Source: Eimeria praecox (taxonomy: Eukaryota). Taken from it: a stretch of DNA of 64,000 bases. Location of the stretch: positions 1,488,001 through 1,552,000 of the forward strand of contig OY986946.1 in the NCBI GenBank assembly GCA_963920595.1, in the 5' to 3' direction. Shown here piece after piece: positions 29,574 to 42,372 of this stretch (position 1 is its first letter; every line of letters starts with the position of its first letter). A program made the translations under genes and the position numbers. Below the pieces are notes generated by a model. That model was given only the letters and a program-made list of their open reading frames with translations, searched no databases and was not told the origin of the DNA.

Positions 29574-29837
29574 GATACAAAGCCACATGAACGTGGGGAG
29601 CGCCGGCCCCCACATCAGCAACAACATCAGATGAAAGTGCAGCAGCAGCAGCAGCAAGAAGAAGAAGAAGAAGAACAGGAGGAGCAAGAGCAACAGCAAC
29701 AGCAACAGCAGCAGCAGCAACAACAGCCGCAGCAGCAGCAGCAGCAGCAGCAGCAGCACCTGCTGTTCGACGGCCTCTTGGGCGCTGGAGCTCAAGGGTT
29801 GCCTCTAGAAACACCTTACGTTGCTGCTGCTGATGAG

Positions 29838-29873
<36 letters not shown>

Positions 29874-29901
29874 GAACGTGAAGGTTCAGGGACAGCAGCA
29901 A

Positions 29902-29936
<35 letters not shown>

Positions 29937-30420
29937 GCAGAAGCAGACCATAATTTGCTGCTAGGGTTGCTGCGAAAGCGCGTGCTGCTGCTGCTGCAGT
30001 GTCTCATAGCAGAAGCTGTCGGCTCAAAACACACCGCCGGCAAGCCCTAAACCCTAAACCCTAAACCCTAAACCCTAAACCCTAAACCCTAAACCCTAGA
30101 CCCATCATTGCTTTAGACTCTAAACCCTAAACCCTAAACTCACTATTTTGTTAAACCCTAAACCCTAAACCCACCATTACTTTAAACCCTAAACACCAAA
30201 CCCTAAACCCCTTATCCTAGCCTTCCTAGACTCGCCATCATCTAGGGTTTAGGGTTTAGGGTTTAGGGTTTAGGGTTTAGGGTTTAGGGTTTAGGGTTTA
30301 GGGTTTAGGGTTTAGGGTTTTGGTGTCTGCAGATACAAGCACCTCGTTCGCCTTAGGCTGCGGTCTTCTGCTGCATGCACAGCAAACGCTGAGGGACTTA
30401 GTGCTGATGCCGCTGCCGTC

Positions 30421-30453
<33 letters not shown>

Positions 30454-30560
30454 TCCAGCAGCATCTCCGGCAGCAGCAGCAACAGAAGGAGAGACAGCTG
30501 TAGCATCAGCAGCAGCAGCAGGAGGCAGACCACCACCAGCAGCAGCAGCAGCAGGACCAG

Positions 30561-30592
<32 letters not shown>

Positions 30593-31312
30593 ACAGTAGC
30601 AGCTTTGGTGTTTGCTCCTCCTGCTCCTATCTTTTTGTTGCTGCAGCCAGCAGCAGCAAGAAGATTGTTTAGAGGGGAGTTTGAGTCTGTCTGTATTTGT
30701 TGCTGCAGCAGCAGCAAAGAGCTGCAGCAGCCAAGACGTATGAGCGATGTAGTGCTGCTGCAGCAGCAGCAGCATATAACTGCTGCTGCTGCTGCTGCAG
30801 ACAACCTGCAGCAGCAGCACCAACGAATGCTGCAGCAGCACGTACAAGAAGCTGCAGCAGAGACAGCACGCACAAGCAACAGCCCCTTCTTCCACTGCTG
30901 GTAAGATTAACAACACAGGGTTTAGGGTTTAGGGTTTAGGGTTTAGGGTTTAGGGTTTAGGGTTTAGGGTTTGGGGTTTAGGGTTTAGGGTTTAGGGTTT
31001 AGGGTTTAGGGTTTAGGGTTTAGGACGTAGATTCTGCCTGTTAGGATATAGTATTCAGGGTCTAGGGTCTAGGGTTTAGGGTTTAGGGTTTAGGGTTTAG
31101 GATTTAGGGTTTAGGGTTTGTTTGTTTTGCAGGAGCTGCGCTATGCCGCTGTGTGCTTCTTGTGTTGTCTGGCTGCCTGAGCCTCGCCTCCCCACGCTGC
31201 AGCAGCTGCGGCAGCAGCAGCAGCAGCAGCAGCAACTGCTGCTGCTGCTTCCTCCTGCTGCTGCAGCTGTTGAGGATGGAGCGAAAGCTGGAGACGCTGC
31301 AGCAGTAGCAGC

Positions 31313-31343
<31 letters not shown>

Positions 31344-31528
31344 GAGGTAAGCAGCAAATATGCTTAGAATGCTTCAGCAGGGTCCACACACACTAGGGTT
31401 TAGGGTTTAGGGTTTAGGGTTTAGGCTCTAGGGTTTAGGGTTTAGGGTTTAGGGTTTAACGTGCATGCAGGATTCCCCCTTCGTCGAAGAGGTAGCAGGA
31501 GAGGCAGACGCCCCCATGATGTGTCCCC

Positions 31529-31584
<56 letters not shown>

Positions 31585-31710
31585 ACAGCAGCAGCAACAG
31601 CAGCAGCAACAGCAGCAGCATCTGTAGCACCGCCCGAGGATTTGCTGCTGCAGCAATCAACGCTGTCAGTGCCTCAGGACCAGCAGCAGCAAGAGCTACA
31701 ACAGCAGCAA

Positions 31711-31774
<64 letters not shown>

Positions 31775-32072
31775 AGCCAAGGCAGCAGCAAGCAGCTGAA
31801 GCTGCGCAGCAGCAGTTCTTCCCTTCACCAGAATCTGCGGCCCCGACACCAGCAGCAGCAACCACTGCTGCTGCTGCTGCTGCTGCTAAAGCAGCAGACA
31901 CAGCAGCAGCAACAGCAGCAGCAGCAGCAGCAGCAGAGATCAAGCAGAGGACGCCTGGGCGCCGTCAGAGTTTGTGGGGTTGGCTGCGTTCTTCAAGCAA
32001 TCAGGGACAGCAGCAAACAAGCTCGCTGCAGCAGCAGCAGCAAGAGCAGCAGCAGCAACAACAGCAGCAGGA

Positions 32073-32119
<47 letters not shown>

Positions 32120-32225
32120 CAGCAGCAGCAAAACGTTCATGGAGGAAGCTAGTAGTTAGGAAGTATCGCAGCCTCAAGGGCAGCAGCAAATCAGGTGTAC
32201 AGGCAGCTCCCTCGCGAGATGCAGA

Positions 32226-32257
<32 letters not shown>

Positions 32258-32377
32258 AACAGACACTACCGGAAGCAGCACCGAACGAGGACTTCAGAGC
32301 AGCAGCACCAGCAGCAGCAGCGGCAGCAGCAGCAGCAGCAGCAGAGGAATCGTCTTGCCCGTTAAGCCGCTTTGCAG

Positions 32378-32419
<42 letters not shown>

Positions 32420-32479
32420 CTCGTGCACAGGAAATGCTGCAGCAGCAACCGCTGCAGCAGCGAGCTTCCACAGCAGCAA

Positions 32480-32524
<45 letters not shown>

Positions 32525-32600
32525 AACAGGGAGACAGTTGGGACCCCTTTCTAGGAATACCTGCAGAACCAAAGAAAACCCTCCCCTATCTGAGCAGGAT

Positions 32601-32646
<46 letters not shown>

Positions 32647-32822
32647 CTGCTGCTGCAGAGCCACGCTATAAGAAATCAGCAGCAAGACAGCTTGCTGCTG
32701 CAGCAGCGAGCGCAGCAGCACGAGCGTTTGCTGCTGCAGTTTGCTGCTGAACGTAGAGAAGCAGCAGCAGCAAACCCTCTCCCCTGCAGCAGCAGCTGCA
32801 GCATCTTCGATCCTTCCAAAGT

Positions 32823-32863
<41 letters not shown>

Positions 32864-33087
32864 GAGCAGCAGGGGGCTGCAGCAAAACCAGTCGTATATC
32901 TATGACCTCTGCAGCAGCAGCAGCAGATTCGAGTCTGTCTCTCTCTGTATTCAAACAAACAAAGATATACACTATACCCTCTAGCAGCAGGGGGCCCCCA
33001 GGGGCCCCCCGCAGAGACCCTAATTTGCTGCTGGCTTGGTGCTGCATGTGCCGCAGCTGCTCAGAATTTTATAAACAATTCCACTAA
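19572..33087 (+). CDS. LRR + ankyrin-repeat + C-terminal FYVE-like zinc-finger protein, 12 exons (19572-21101, 21502-23070, 23294-23667, 23879-25077, 25312-25798, 26120-26985, 27551-27636, 27866-28390, 28665-30039, 30333-30900, 31133-31346, 31471-33087)
   Basis: Canonical LRRs: [41 protein letters not shown]. Ankyrin motifs are rebuilt across splice junctions: AMHAAVGNSDVEMCSLLLH|CGADAGQRDEDGNSPLHVL and WTPLHLA|AYSGDVSCVQQLLRWG. Cys pairs VCICC / FHCW|SC..CASC / CRSC. Junction phases are consistent. The start codon is uncertain. Confidence 0.8.
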
Positions 33088-33106
33088 ATTAATTATAATT
33101 TTTAAC

Positions 33107-33386
33107 AGGGGGCCCCCCTGTTGGGGGGGCCCCCCTGTTGGGGGGGCCCCCTGTTGGGGGGGGGCCCCTATTGGGGAGCCCCTTAGGGAGGAGCCCTATT
33201 GGGGGGCCCCTATTGGGGGGCCCCTATTGGGGGGCCCCTGAAGGGGGCCCCCCCAACTGGGGGGGCCCTGCGGGCGGGAGGGTGGGGGTGGGGGGCCTAT
33301 TTGGGGGCCCCCTTTTGGGGGGGCCCATCTGGGGGCCCCCCCAATAGGGGGGCCCCCAAGGGGGGCCCCCCAACAGAGGGGCCCCT
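33107..33386. repeat. G/C-run palindromic repeat cluster (GGGGGCCCCC units)
   Basis: About 15 GnCn units separated by short TGTT/TATT linkers, just downstream of the stop at 33087. Confidence 0.85.
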
Positions 33387-33499
33387 AAGAAGTGTTAGAC
33401 GGGTGGATGGGTCTGTTTGGTGTGAGGGAGATTGATCTAACCTAAAGATATGTTTATACAATATGAGCTTCTTGCTGCTGCTGCTGCTGTTGCTGCTGT

Positions 33500-33531
<32 letters not shown>

Positions 33532-33787
33532 TTTTTGCTGCTGCTGTTGCTGTTGTTGCTGTTGCAGCTGTTGCTGCTGTTGGTTGAGGGTTTTGTATAC
33601 GAAGTGTGTCTGTACACCTACACGCAAGTATCTAATTATATTTATATATTTATTCAAATATATTTAAAACGAATATTTAAATATATTTAATAAATAATTA
33701 TTTAAATAATTATAATTTATTAAATTATTATTTATTATTATATATTTATTATTATAAATTTCTAAAGGGACCATGCAAAACAACTAG

Positions 33788-34030
33788 CTAAACCCTAAAC
33801 CCTAAACCCTAAACCCTAAACCCTAGACACCCAAAACCCTAAACCCTAAACTCTCAATAAAACTAGCTAAACCCTAAATACCCTAAACCCTAAACACAAC
33901 TAGCTAAACCCTAAACCCTAAATACAACTAGCTAAACCCTAAACCCTATATACAGCTAGCTAGACCCTAAACCCTAAACCCTAAATACAACTAGCTAAAC
34001 AAAGCAAACCCCTAAACCCTAAACCCTAAT
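33788..34030 (+). repeat. Degenerate (AAACCCT)n array interspersed with ACAACTAGCT
   Basis: Read directly. Confidence 0.8.
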
Positions 34031-34174
34031 AGAACCCTTCTGCTGTCTCTTTCTTAGGTGTATGTACACCACACCTCTCATTCAGCAGCAGCAGCAGCAG
34101 CAACAACAACAGAAGCAGCATAAAAAACAAGAAGACAAGTTAAATGCTGACCCTCATCATACACCTGGGATTCT

Positions 34175-34485
34175 CGGGGGCCCCCCTCGCGGTGTACGTA
34201 CACCTGGGGCCCCCCTTAAAGACAGATAACATTATTTCTGTCTGTATAAATAATACATAAACCCTCCTTAACCCTTCATCTGCTGCAACTAACAAGAAAG
34301 GAGGAGGGGGGAGGGGTGGGGGGTGGGGGGTGGGGGGCCCCCAGTACCCTGGGGGCCCCCCCTTTAGTACCCTCCGGGGGCCCCCCATTTAGTACCCTTG
34401 GGGGGCCCCCCCTTTAGAACCTTTGGGGGCCCCTCTCAGGTGTATAGAGAGGGGGGGCCCCCCTCGGTACCCTTGGGGGCCCCCC
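34175..34485. repeat. Second GGGGGCCCCC cluster
   Basis: Repeated (T)AGTACCC...GGGGGCCCCCC units. Confidence 0.8.
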
Positions 34486-34539
34486 ACTCTCTATACAATA
34501 TATTTTTATATTTATTATATACGAAAAAATAAAACTGAG

Positions 34540-34586
34540 AGACAAATATAAATATACCTAAGAATAAAATACTGCTCAACACTCTC

Positions 34587-34624
<38 letters not shown>

Positions 34625-35076
34625 ACGCCGCATCACCACAGCAGCAAATGCAGCAAATTGTTTTAATCTACAACAAACAGAGCAGCAGCATAAACACGAA
34701 CAGCCTCAGCTGCAGCAGCAGCAGCTGCTGCAGCAGCTGCTGCAGCAGCTACAGCAGCAACAGCCACAAGAGCAGCCACTGCAACAGCAGCAGCTGCAGC
34801 AGCAGCTGCAGCAGCAGCTGCAGCAGCAGCTGCAGCAGCAGCAGCAGCTGCTGCTGCTGCCTCAGTGGGAGCTACGAGATGGAGGAAAAGAGATATGCCG
34901 AGGCTTAACGTAAACCCTAAACCCTAAACCCTAAACCCTAAACCACACCAAGGTCCTGCTGCTGTTGCTGTTGCTGTTGCTGCTGCGGTTATTGCTGCTG
35001 CTGCTGTTGCTGCATCCTTGCAGCAGAAGCTGCTGCACTTTGTGAGGAGTGCTGCATTTGATTGTTCGAGATCTCC

Positions 35077-35150
<74 letters not shown>

Positions 35151-35314
35151 CTGCAGGCGTGGGGTTTTGCTTCGAAGGTGGCATTAAGCAGCAGCACATC
35201 ATCCGCAGATCTGCTGCTGCTGCTCTGAGGTGTATATACATCTCACGACTCAGCGCCGGCTGTCTAACAATCAAAGACTACGCCGTCGCTGTCTCCATCA
35301 ACAACATCGCCTAG
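34540..35314 (+). CDS. Possible pterin-4a-carbinolamine dehydratase (PCD)-like protein, degenerate or with an unresolved splice
   Basis: Segments LLPQWELRDGGKEICRGLT | LAAEAAAL | CVGFCFEGGIKQQH...ISRLSAGCLTIKDYAVAVSINNIA* follow the PCD order (W..I.R.F; EA..F; H; GLT.KD..LA..I). The intron 35042-35156 is in phase. The intron from 34910 lacks a good in-phase AG, and no start codon was found. Confidence 0.3.
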
Positions 35315-35494
35315 CTGCTGCTGCTGCAGCAGCAGCAGCAGCAGCAGCAGCTGCAGCAGCGGTAGCTGCATCAGCAGTATCTGCTGCAGTGTGTGAAGAT
35401 GAAGCAGCAGAAACAGCTGCTGCTGCTGCTGCTGCAGCAGCAGCAGCAGCAGGAGCAGCAGCAAATCAAGTTTGCTGCTGACTTAGATAGTGTA

Positions 35495-35531
<37 letters not shown>

Positions 35532-35720
35532 GTGCTGCTGCTGCAGCAGCAGCAGCAGGAGCAGCAGCAAATCAAGTTTGCTGCTGACTTAGATAGTGTA
35601 GCTGCTGCTGCTGCTGCAGCAGCAGCAGCAGCAGCAGGAGCAGCAGCAAATCAAGTTTGCTGCTGACTTAGATAGTGTAGCTGCAGCAGCAGCAGCAGCA
35701 GCAGCAGGAGCAGCAGCGAA

Positions 35721-35986
35721 TCAAGTTTGCTGCTGACTTAGATAGTGTATAAGATGATGTATCTCACGTTTGTACAACTCTAGTTGCTGCTGCTGTGCGT
35801 GCTGCAGCAGCAGCAGCACCGAAGCAGCTCTCTCAGGTTCTGTTGTATATTCTGGCTGCTGCTGCAGCAGCAGCAGAGAACGCTCAATAATATCTTCCCC
35901 TGCAGCAGACTGCAGCAGACATCGTAGATAAGCAACAGCAGCAGATTGTATCTGCTGCGCCATAGCTTGCACCTTGCTGCTGTTGT

Positions 35987-36021
<35 letters not shown>

Positions 36022-36143
36022 CTGCTGTTGCTGCTTTTCCTGCTGTTGCTGCTGGTGCTGCTCTTGCTGCTGCTGCTGCTGCTGCTGCGGCTGCCGTCGT
36101 TAGTTATTGCTGTTGCAGAAGATGAGGGGAGTGGGGGGCCATC

Positions 36144-36181
<38 letters not shown>

Positions 36182-37002
36182 CATTTCTTAAATAAGCTTT
36201 TGCTTCTTCCACATCATCGCCCTCGTTCTTGCTGCTGCTGCTGCTGCTGCTGCTCCTACTGGTGCTGTTGCTGCTGCTGCTGCTGCTGTTGCTGCTGCTT
36301 CTGTTGCTTCTCTTGCTGCTATTGTTGCTGCTATTGCTGCTGCTGTTGCTGCTGCTGTTCATGTCACCGTTGCAGCTGCATGTACACTTGCTGCTGCTGC
36401 TGCAGCAGCAAGTATGTCTTGCTAGATCTGTAGCTATACCCCCCACATTGTCTGCTGCTGCTCCTGCTTCTTCATTATTTCTAAATAAAACAAAGTAAAG
36501 TAATAACGCCGCCTCGAGAGCAGCATCGCTGCTGCTGCAGCAGCAGCTGCAGCAGCATATCTGGATCAACAGTTCTGCTGCAGCAACAGCATCAGGGGGC
36601 CCCCGCGGCGGTTGCTGCAGCAGCAACCCTGCGTCTCCTTTTAGAAGGTCTGCACACAGCAGCAACAATGCTGCTAGTGTGCTGCTGCCTTCATCATCTA
36701 GCTGCTGCTGCTGCTGCTCTTCTACTTGCTGCTGCAGCTGCAGCAGGAAGGTTTCTGCTCGTTGCTCTGGGGGAGCCTCAATACGAACGAGGGGTGCTGC
36801 TGCTGCTGCTGCTGTTGCTGCAGCAGCAGCAGCAGGAAGCAGTGGGGTTCTAATTAATTCTGCTGCTCTTTCAATAATAATAAGTAGCAGCATTTGCTGC
36901 TGTTGCTGCTGCTGCAGCAGCAGCAACAATGGAGGTACAGCCCCTAATATTTCTTCTTCCTTAGGTACAAGAATAGCTGCTGCTGCTGCTGTTGGGGAAT
37001 CG

Positions 37003-37039
<37 letters not shown>

Positions 37040-37650
37040 CTTTTGTTGCTGCCTTTGCTGCTGCTGCAGCAACATTTGCTGCTGCAGTACTATCCATATC
37101 CCCAATAGCAATAAACAGAGCAACACAGTCTGAAACAGCACGCAGCAGCGGGGCGTGTAGGGCCTGTCTTAATATGTACATACACCTGGAGAGGAGTTCT
37201 GCTGCTGCTGCTGCTGTCGGTGCAGCACGAAACAGCAACAACCTTCTATGTCTTGTTGCTGCTACTTGCTGCTGCAATGTATAATGCTGCTGCTGCTGCT
37301 GCTGCTGCTCTTCTCGCCTCAAACTAAGAGCAGCAGATAAACCCCTAAATGCTTCTTTCAGGGCTCCTGCATGCGTACAGCTGAAGATAGCTGAAGCAAA
37401 GACATCAGCAGCAAGAGGAAGAGCAGCAGCAAGAGCAGCAGCAGCAGCAGAAGAAGGAGAAGAAGAAGCTGATGCTGCTGCTGTTGCTGTTGCTGCTGTT
37501 GCTGTCTCTCTGTCCTCAACATCAGGATCGAAAGACATGAGGTTTGCTGCTGCTGTCAGCAGCAGCTCTGCTATTGTTGCTGGAGATACGCCTGCTGTTC
37601 TACTTGCTCGTTGTAGTCTCCGAGCAACAGCAACATCAGCAGCAGAGGGG

Positions 37651-37687
<37 letters not shown>

Positions 37688-37860
37688 GACTCTCTAACCC
37701 AGGCAATACCCACTGCTGCAGCAGCAGCAGCAGCAACTCTGCTGCGTTGTGCTGCAGCAACGTTGCTGCTTGGGTTTGACTTCCTGCTGCCTCTGCTAGC
37801 AGCTGTAGATCTTCTACAGAGACAGAGACAAACCCTTCCATACTATCTGCTTCTACTGTC

Positions 37861-37895
<35 letters not shown>

Positions 37896-38235
37896 ACCCG
37901 CTTCTGCTGCTTCCGCTGCTTCAGCTGCTGCTGTTGCTGCTGTTGCTGCTGCTGCTGCTTCTGCTTCTAAACCCTTCTTTCCACTTAACCGTTGTGCTTC
38001 TTTTGCTGCTGCTACTGCCTCTCGTTCTGCTTCTTCTGCTGCTCGTTCTGCTGCTGTAGCCTCTCGATCTGCTGCTGCTGCTGCTGCTGCTGCTGCAGCA
38101 GCAGCAGCAGAAGGGCGCCTGTTGGGGCTCAACGCCCGCACAACAGCAGCTAACACAGAAAGCAAATGTTGTTTACATTCTACACAATCCGAAGCAGCTT
38201 TAGGATACAGCATAGCAGCAAACTCATCGTCTGAA

Positions 38236-38269
<34 letters not shown>

Positions 38270-38388
38270 CTGTTTCTGTGTCTGATGTTGCTTCTGGCGG
38301 TGGTGTTGCTGCTGCTGCTGCTGCTTCTGTTTCTGTGTCTGATGTTGCTTCTGGCAGTGGTGCTGCTGCTGCTGCTGTTGCTTCTCGA

Positions 38389-38429
<41 letters not shown>

Positions 38430-38681
38430 TGCTGTTGCTGCTGTTGCTGCTTCAGATGTAGGTTCTGCTGCTGTTGTTGCTGCTGTGGTTGCCTCTGTTG
38501 CTCCTGATTCTGTTGTTTCTGTATTATCTGTTGGTGTTTTTGATTCTGCTGCTGCTGCTGCTGTTGCTGCTGGTGCTGCTGCTGCTGCTGGGGGGCTCCC
38601 GGTGTCACTGCAGCAAGTGTCTGGCGCAGCATAATCTGCTGCTGCTGCAGCAGCAGAATTAGTTAAGGAGTCCCCTCCCAT
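35721..38681 (-). CDS. Hypothetical protein (986 aa), Leu-rich helical segments between A/Q/S tracts, possibly ARM/HEAT-like
   Basis: Long ATG-initiated ORF with many non-repetitive amphipathic stretches (HLLSVLAAVVRAL, IAELLLTAAANLMSFD, LLRAVSDCVALFIAIG, ALEAALLLYFVLF). No family recognised. Confidence 0.7.
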
Positions 38682-38691
38682 AGCGGCGAAG

Positions 38692-38734
<43 letters not shown>

Positions 38735-38910
38735 GTGCGTTGTGGCTGTTTGTTATTGCCGCTGCTGCTGCTGCTGCTGCTGCTGTTGCTGCTGCTGTTG
38801 TTGCTGCTGTTATTGCTGCTGTTGTAGTTATACACTTACAAAATCAGAAACAATTGTTGCTGCAGAAGCAAACACAGCTTGCTAGAGCTAGCAAGCAATA
38901 CAGATCGCTG

Positions 38911-38954
<44 letters not shown>

Positions 38955-39140
38955 GCAGCAGCCACAGGAGGTTGCTCTCTCTTATAACAGCAGCAATTAC
39001 AATCGAAGCAGCAGCAGCAATTGCTGTTGTTGATATTAATTATTAAATATTTGTTATATTAGACAATAAACAGAAAGAAAGAATATATATAAGCACAACA
39101 AACAATGCAGCAGCAACAGCAGCAGCAAGAATACACAGCC

Positions 39141-39185
<45 letters not shown>

Positions 39186-39384
39186 GTCCAGCCGCCTTAG
39201 GAGGGAGGCCCCCAGCGGCTGCTGCTGCTGCTGCTGCAGCAACAGCAGCAGCAGCAATTACATAAACACTTTGCTACAGCAGCACGAATTTCTTGCTGCA
39301 GCTGCTGCAGTTTGTAGACAGTTAGTTATTAACGACAGACAGCACCCTGCTGCTGCTGCTGCTGCTGCTGCTGTCGTTGCTGCG

Positions 39385-39415
<31 letters not shown>

Positions 39416-39710
39416 CTGTTTGTGTAGTGCTGCGGCGCCTAAAGGAAGCAGTAGCAGCAGCAGCAGAAACTTCTGCTGCTGCAAGTAGGGAGAAGAGCCT
39501 GCTTGGGAGAAGACACAGGCTGCTGCTGCTGCTGCTGCTGCTCTGCAGCAGCAGCAGCAGCAGCAAGTTGACTGCAGCAGACGATCCCCGATCCCAGGAG
39601 CAGCAGCAGCAGCAGCAGCAAACCGATGCAGCAGTTGCATGCAGTAGCATGCAGCAGCAACAGCAGCAGCAATAGCAGCACTAACAACAGCAACCACAGC
39701 AGCAAAAACT

Positions 39711-39747
<37 letters not shown>

Positions 39748-39887
39748 CAGCTGCTGCTGCAGCAGCAGCAGCCAATCCCCCTTCGATAGAAGAAACCCCA
39801 GCAGCAAACTAACAGCAGCAGCAAAATAAACAACAGCAGCAACAGCAGCAGCAGCTGCTGCTGCTGCTGCTGTCTCTAAACACAAAT

Positions 39888-40090
39888 ATGCTGGCTCCGC
39901 TGGCCCCGGCTGCCGGGGGAGACGATGGTAGGCCCCCCAAACCCTAAACCCTAAACCCTAAACCCTAAACCCTAAACCCTAAACCCTAAACCCTAAACCC
40001 TAAACCCCGAACGCTAGAGGCTTTCTCTGTTTCTGCTTTAGAGTGTTTTTCTTACGTATCTGTTTATAGATAATTTCGTCTGTCTCTCTG

Positions 40091-40121
<31 letters not shown>

Positions 40122-40257
40122 GTCTCTCTCTGTCTCTCTCTGTCTCTCTCTGTCTCTCTCTGTCTCTCTCTCTCTCTCTCTGTCTCTCTCTGTCTCTCTC
40201 TCTCTCTGTCTCTCTATCTGTATCTTCCTCTCCATCTCTCTCTCTCCCTCTGTCTCC

Positions 40258-40303
<46 letters not shown>

Positions 40304-40386
40304 GTCTCTCTCTCTCTCTGTCTCTCTCTCTCTCTATCTGTATCTTCCTCTCTATCTCTCTATCTCTCTCTCTCCCTCTGTCTCTG

Positions 40387-40418
<32 letters not shown>

Positions 40419-40664
40419 GCTATCTCTCATTCTCTCTGTCTCTTGCTGTCTGTCTCTTTCTCTTCTTTCTTTAATTTATTTGTCTGTCTCCTTCTCTCCT
40501 TCTCTCCTTCTCTCCTTCTTTCTTTCTTTCTTTCTTGCTATTTCTGTCTCCTTCTGTTTGTATACTTGTCTCTTGCTTGCTGTCTCTTGCTGTCTGTCTC
40601 TCTCTGTCTCTTTCTGTCTCTCTCTCTGTCTCTCTCTGTCTCTCTCTCTGTCTCTCTCTCTCTG

Positions 40665-40697
<33 letters not shown>

Positions 40698-40857
40698 GTC
40701 TCCCTCTCTGTTTCTCTGTCTCTCTCTGTCTCATATATATGTATATGTATATGCATATATATATATATATGTAGATATTTATGTTTATTTATATTTATAT
40801 ATATTTATATATATTTATATATGTTTATATATCTATTTATATCTATTTATATATCTA

Positions 40858-40945
<88 letters not shown>

Positions 40946-41865
40946 ATTATTTAGGAGAAGTCCGTCGATTCTGTAACGATGTTTTATCTGTTTTATCTTC
41001 TTTCGAAAAAGCAAAAGAGTGGGCCGACTTAGGACACTGTCTACAGAGGCTTATCAAGGTAAACCCTAAACCCTAAACCCTAAACCCTAGACCCTAAACC
41101 CTAAACCCTAGTTCGTAAACCCTAAACCCTAGTTCGTAAACCCTAGTTTGTAAACCCTAGATCGTAAATCCTAGTTTTTAAATCTTGTTTAGAATAGATT
41201 GTTCTGAAGTGTCTACAGAGGCTTATCAAGGTATACCCTAAACCCTAAACCCTAAACCCTAAACCCTAGTTCGTAAACCCTAAACCCTAGACCCTAGGTC
41301 GTAAACCCTAGTTGTAAACCCTAATTAGAATGGAGGCTAATTGTTATAAGCTCTAGTTGTTGTTGTAAACCCTAGTTCTGAAGTGTCTACAGAGGCTCAT
41401 CAAGCTAAACCCTAAACCCTAAACCCTAAATTATATAAACCCTAATTGCTTATATATAATTATAAGCCCTATTTGCTATTATAAACCCTAGCGTTTATCG
41501 TAAACCCTAATTATTATTATAAATTCTAATAACCCTAAACCCTAAACCCTAAACCCTAGTAGTAAGACGCTTACTATACGCCCTAATATTAAACCCTAAT
41601 ACTAAACCCTAATAGTAAACCCTAATAACACCAATAAAACCTAAACCCTAATTAAGTTAATAGATAAATAAATAAAAAAATATTTAATTAAATTAATTAA
41701 ATTAATTAATTAATTAATTAATTAAATTAATTAATTAATTAATTAATTTTTATTGAGTTTGTTTGTTTTATACTTTGTAGGTATTGAAGAGGCCTCTGTC
41801 TCCTTCTTTACGGTTTATTCCGCACAGACTAACTGTCTCCAAACGTCTAGCACAGGTACACATCC

Positions 41866-41906
<41 letters not shown>

Positions 41907-42243
41907 CTGCTGCTGTTGCTGCTGCTGGTGGTGGTGCTGGTGCGGTTGTTGCTGCTGGTGGTGGTGCTGCTGCTGTTGCTGCTGCTGGATTTGCTGCTGC
42001 TGCTTTTTCGCTGCTGCTGTTGCATTTGCTGCTGCTGCTGCTTTTGGTGCTGCTGCTGCATTTGCTGCTGCTGCTGCCTTTGCTGCTGCTGCTGCTGCCT
42101 TTGCTGCTGCTGCTGCTGCCTTTGCTGCTGCAGCAGCAGCATCTGAATCAGGCTGAGTTTGTTTGTTGAAAGCTCTCTCTCTCATCTCATCTTTTGCTGC
42201 TGCTGCTGTTGCTGCTGCTGTTGCTGCTGCTGTTGCTGCTGCT

Positions 42244-42276
<33 letters not shown>

Positions 42277-42340
42277 ATATTTGCTGCTATTTCTCTTGGA
42301 TTTTCTCTGCTGCTTTCGTTTTTTTTTCTGCTGCTTCTAT

Positions 42341-42372
<32 letters not shown>

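Noticed and set aside
33138..33435. Gly/Pro-rich ORFs
   Set aside because: Products of GGGGCCCC runs with non-ATG starts and no splice or homology support.
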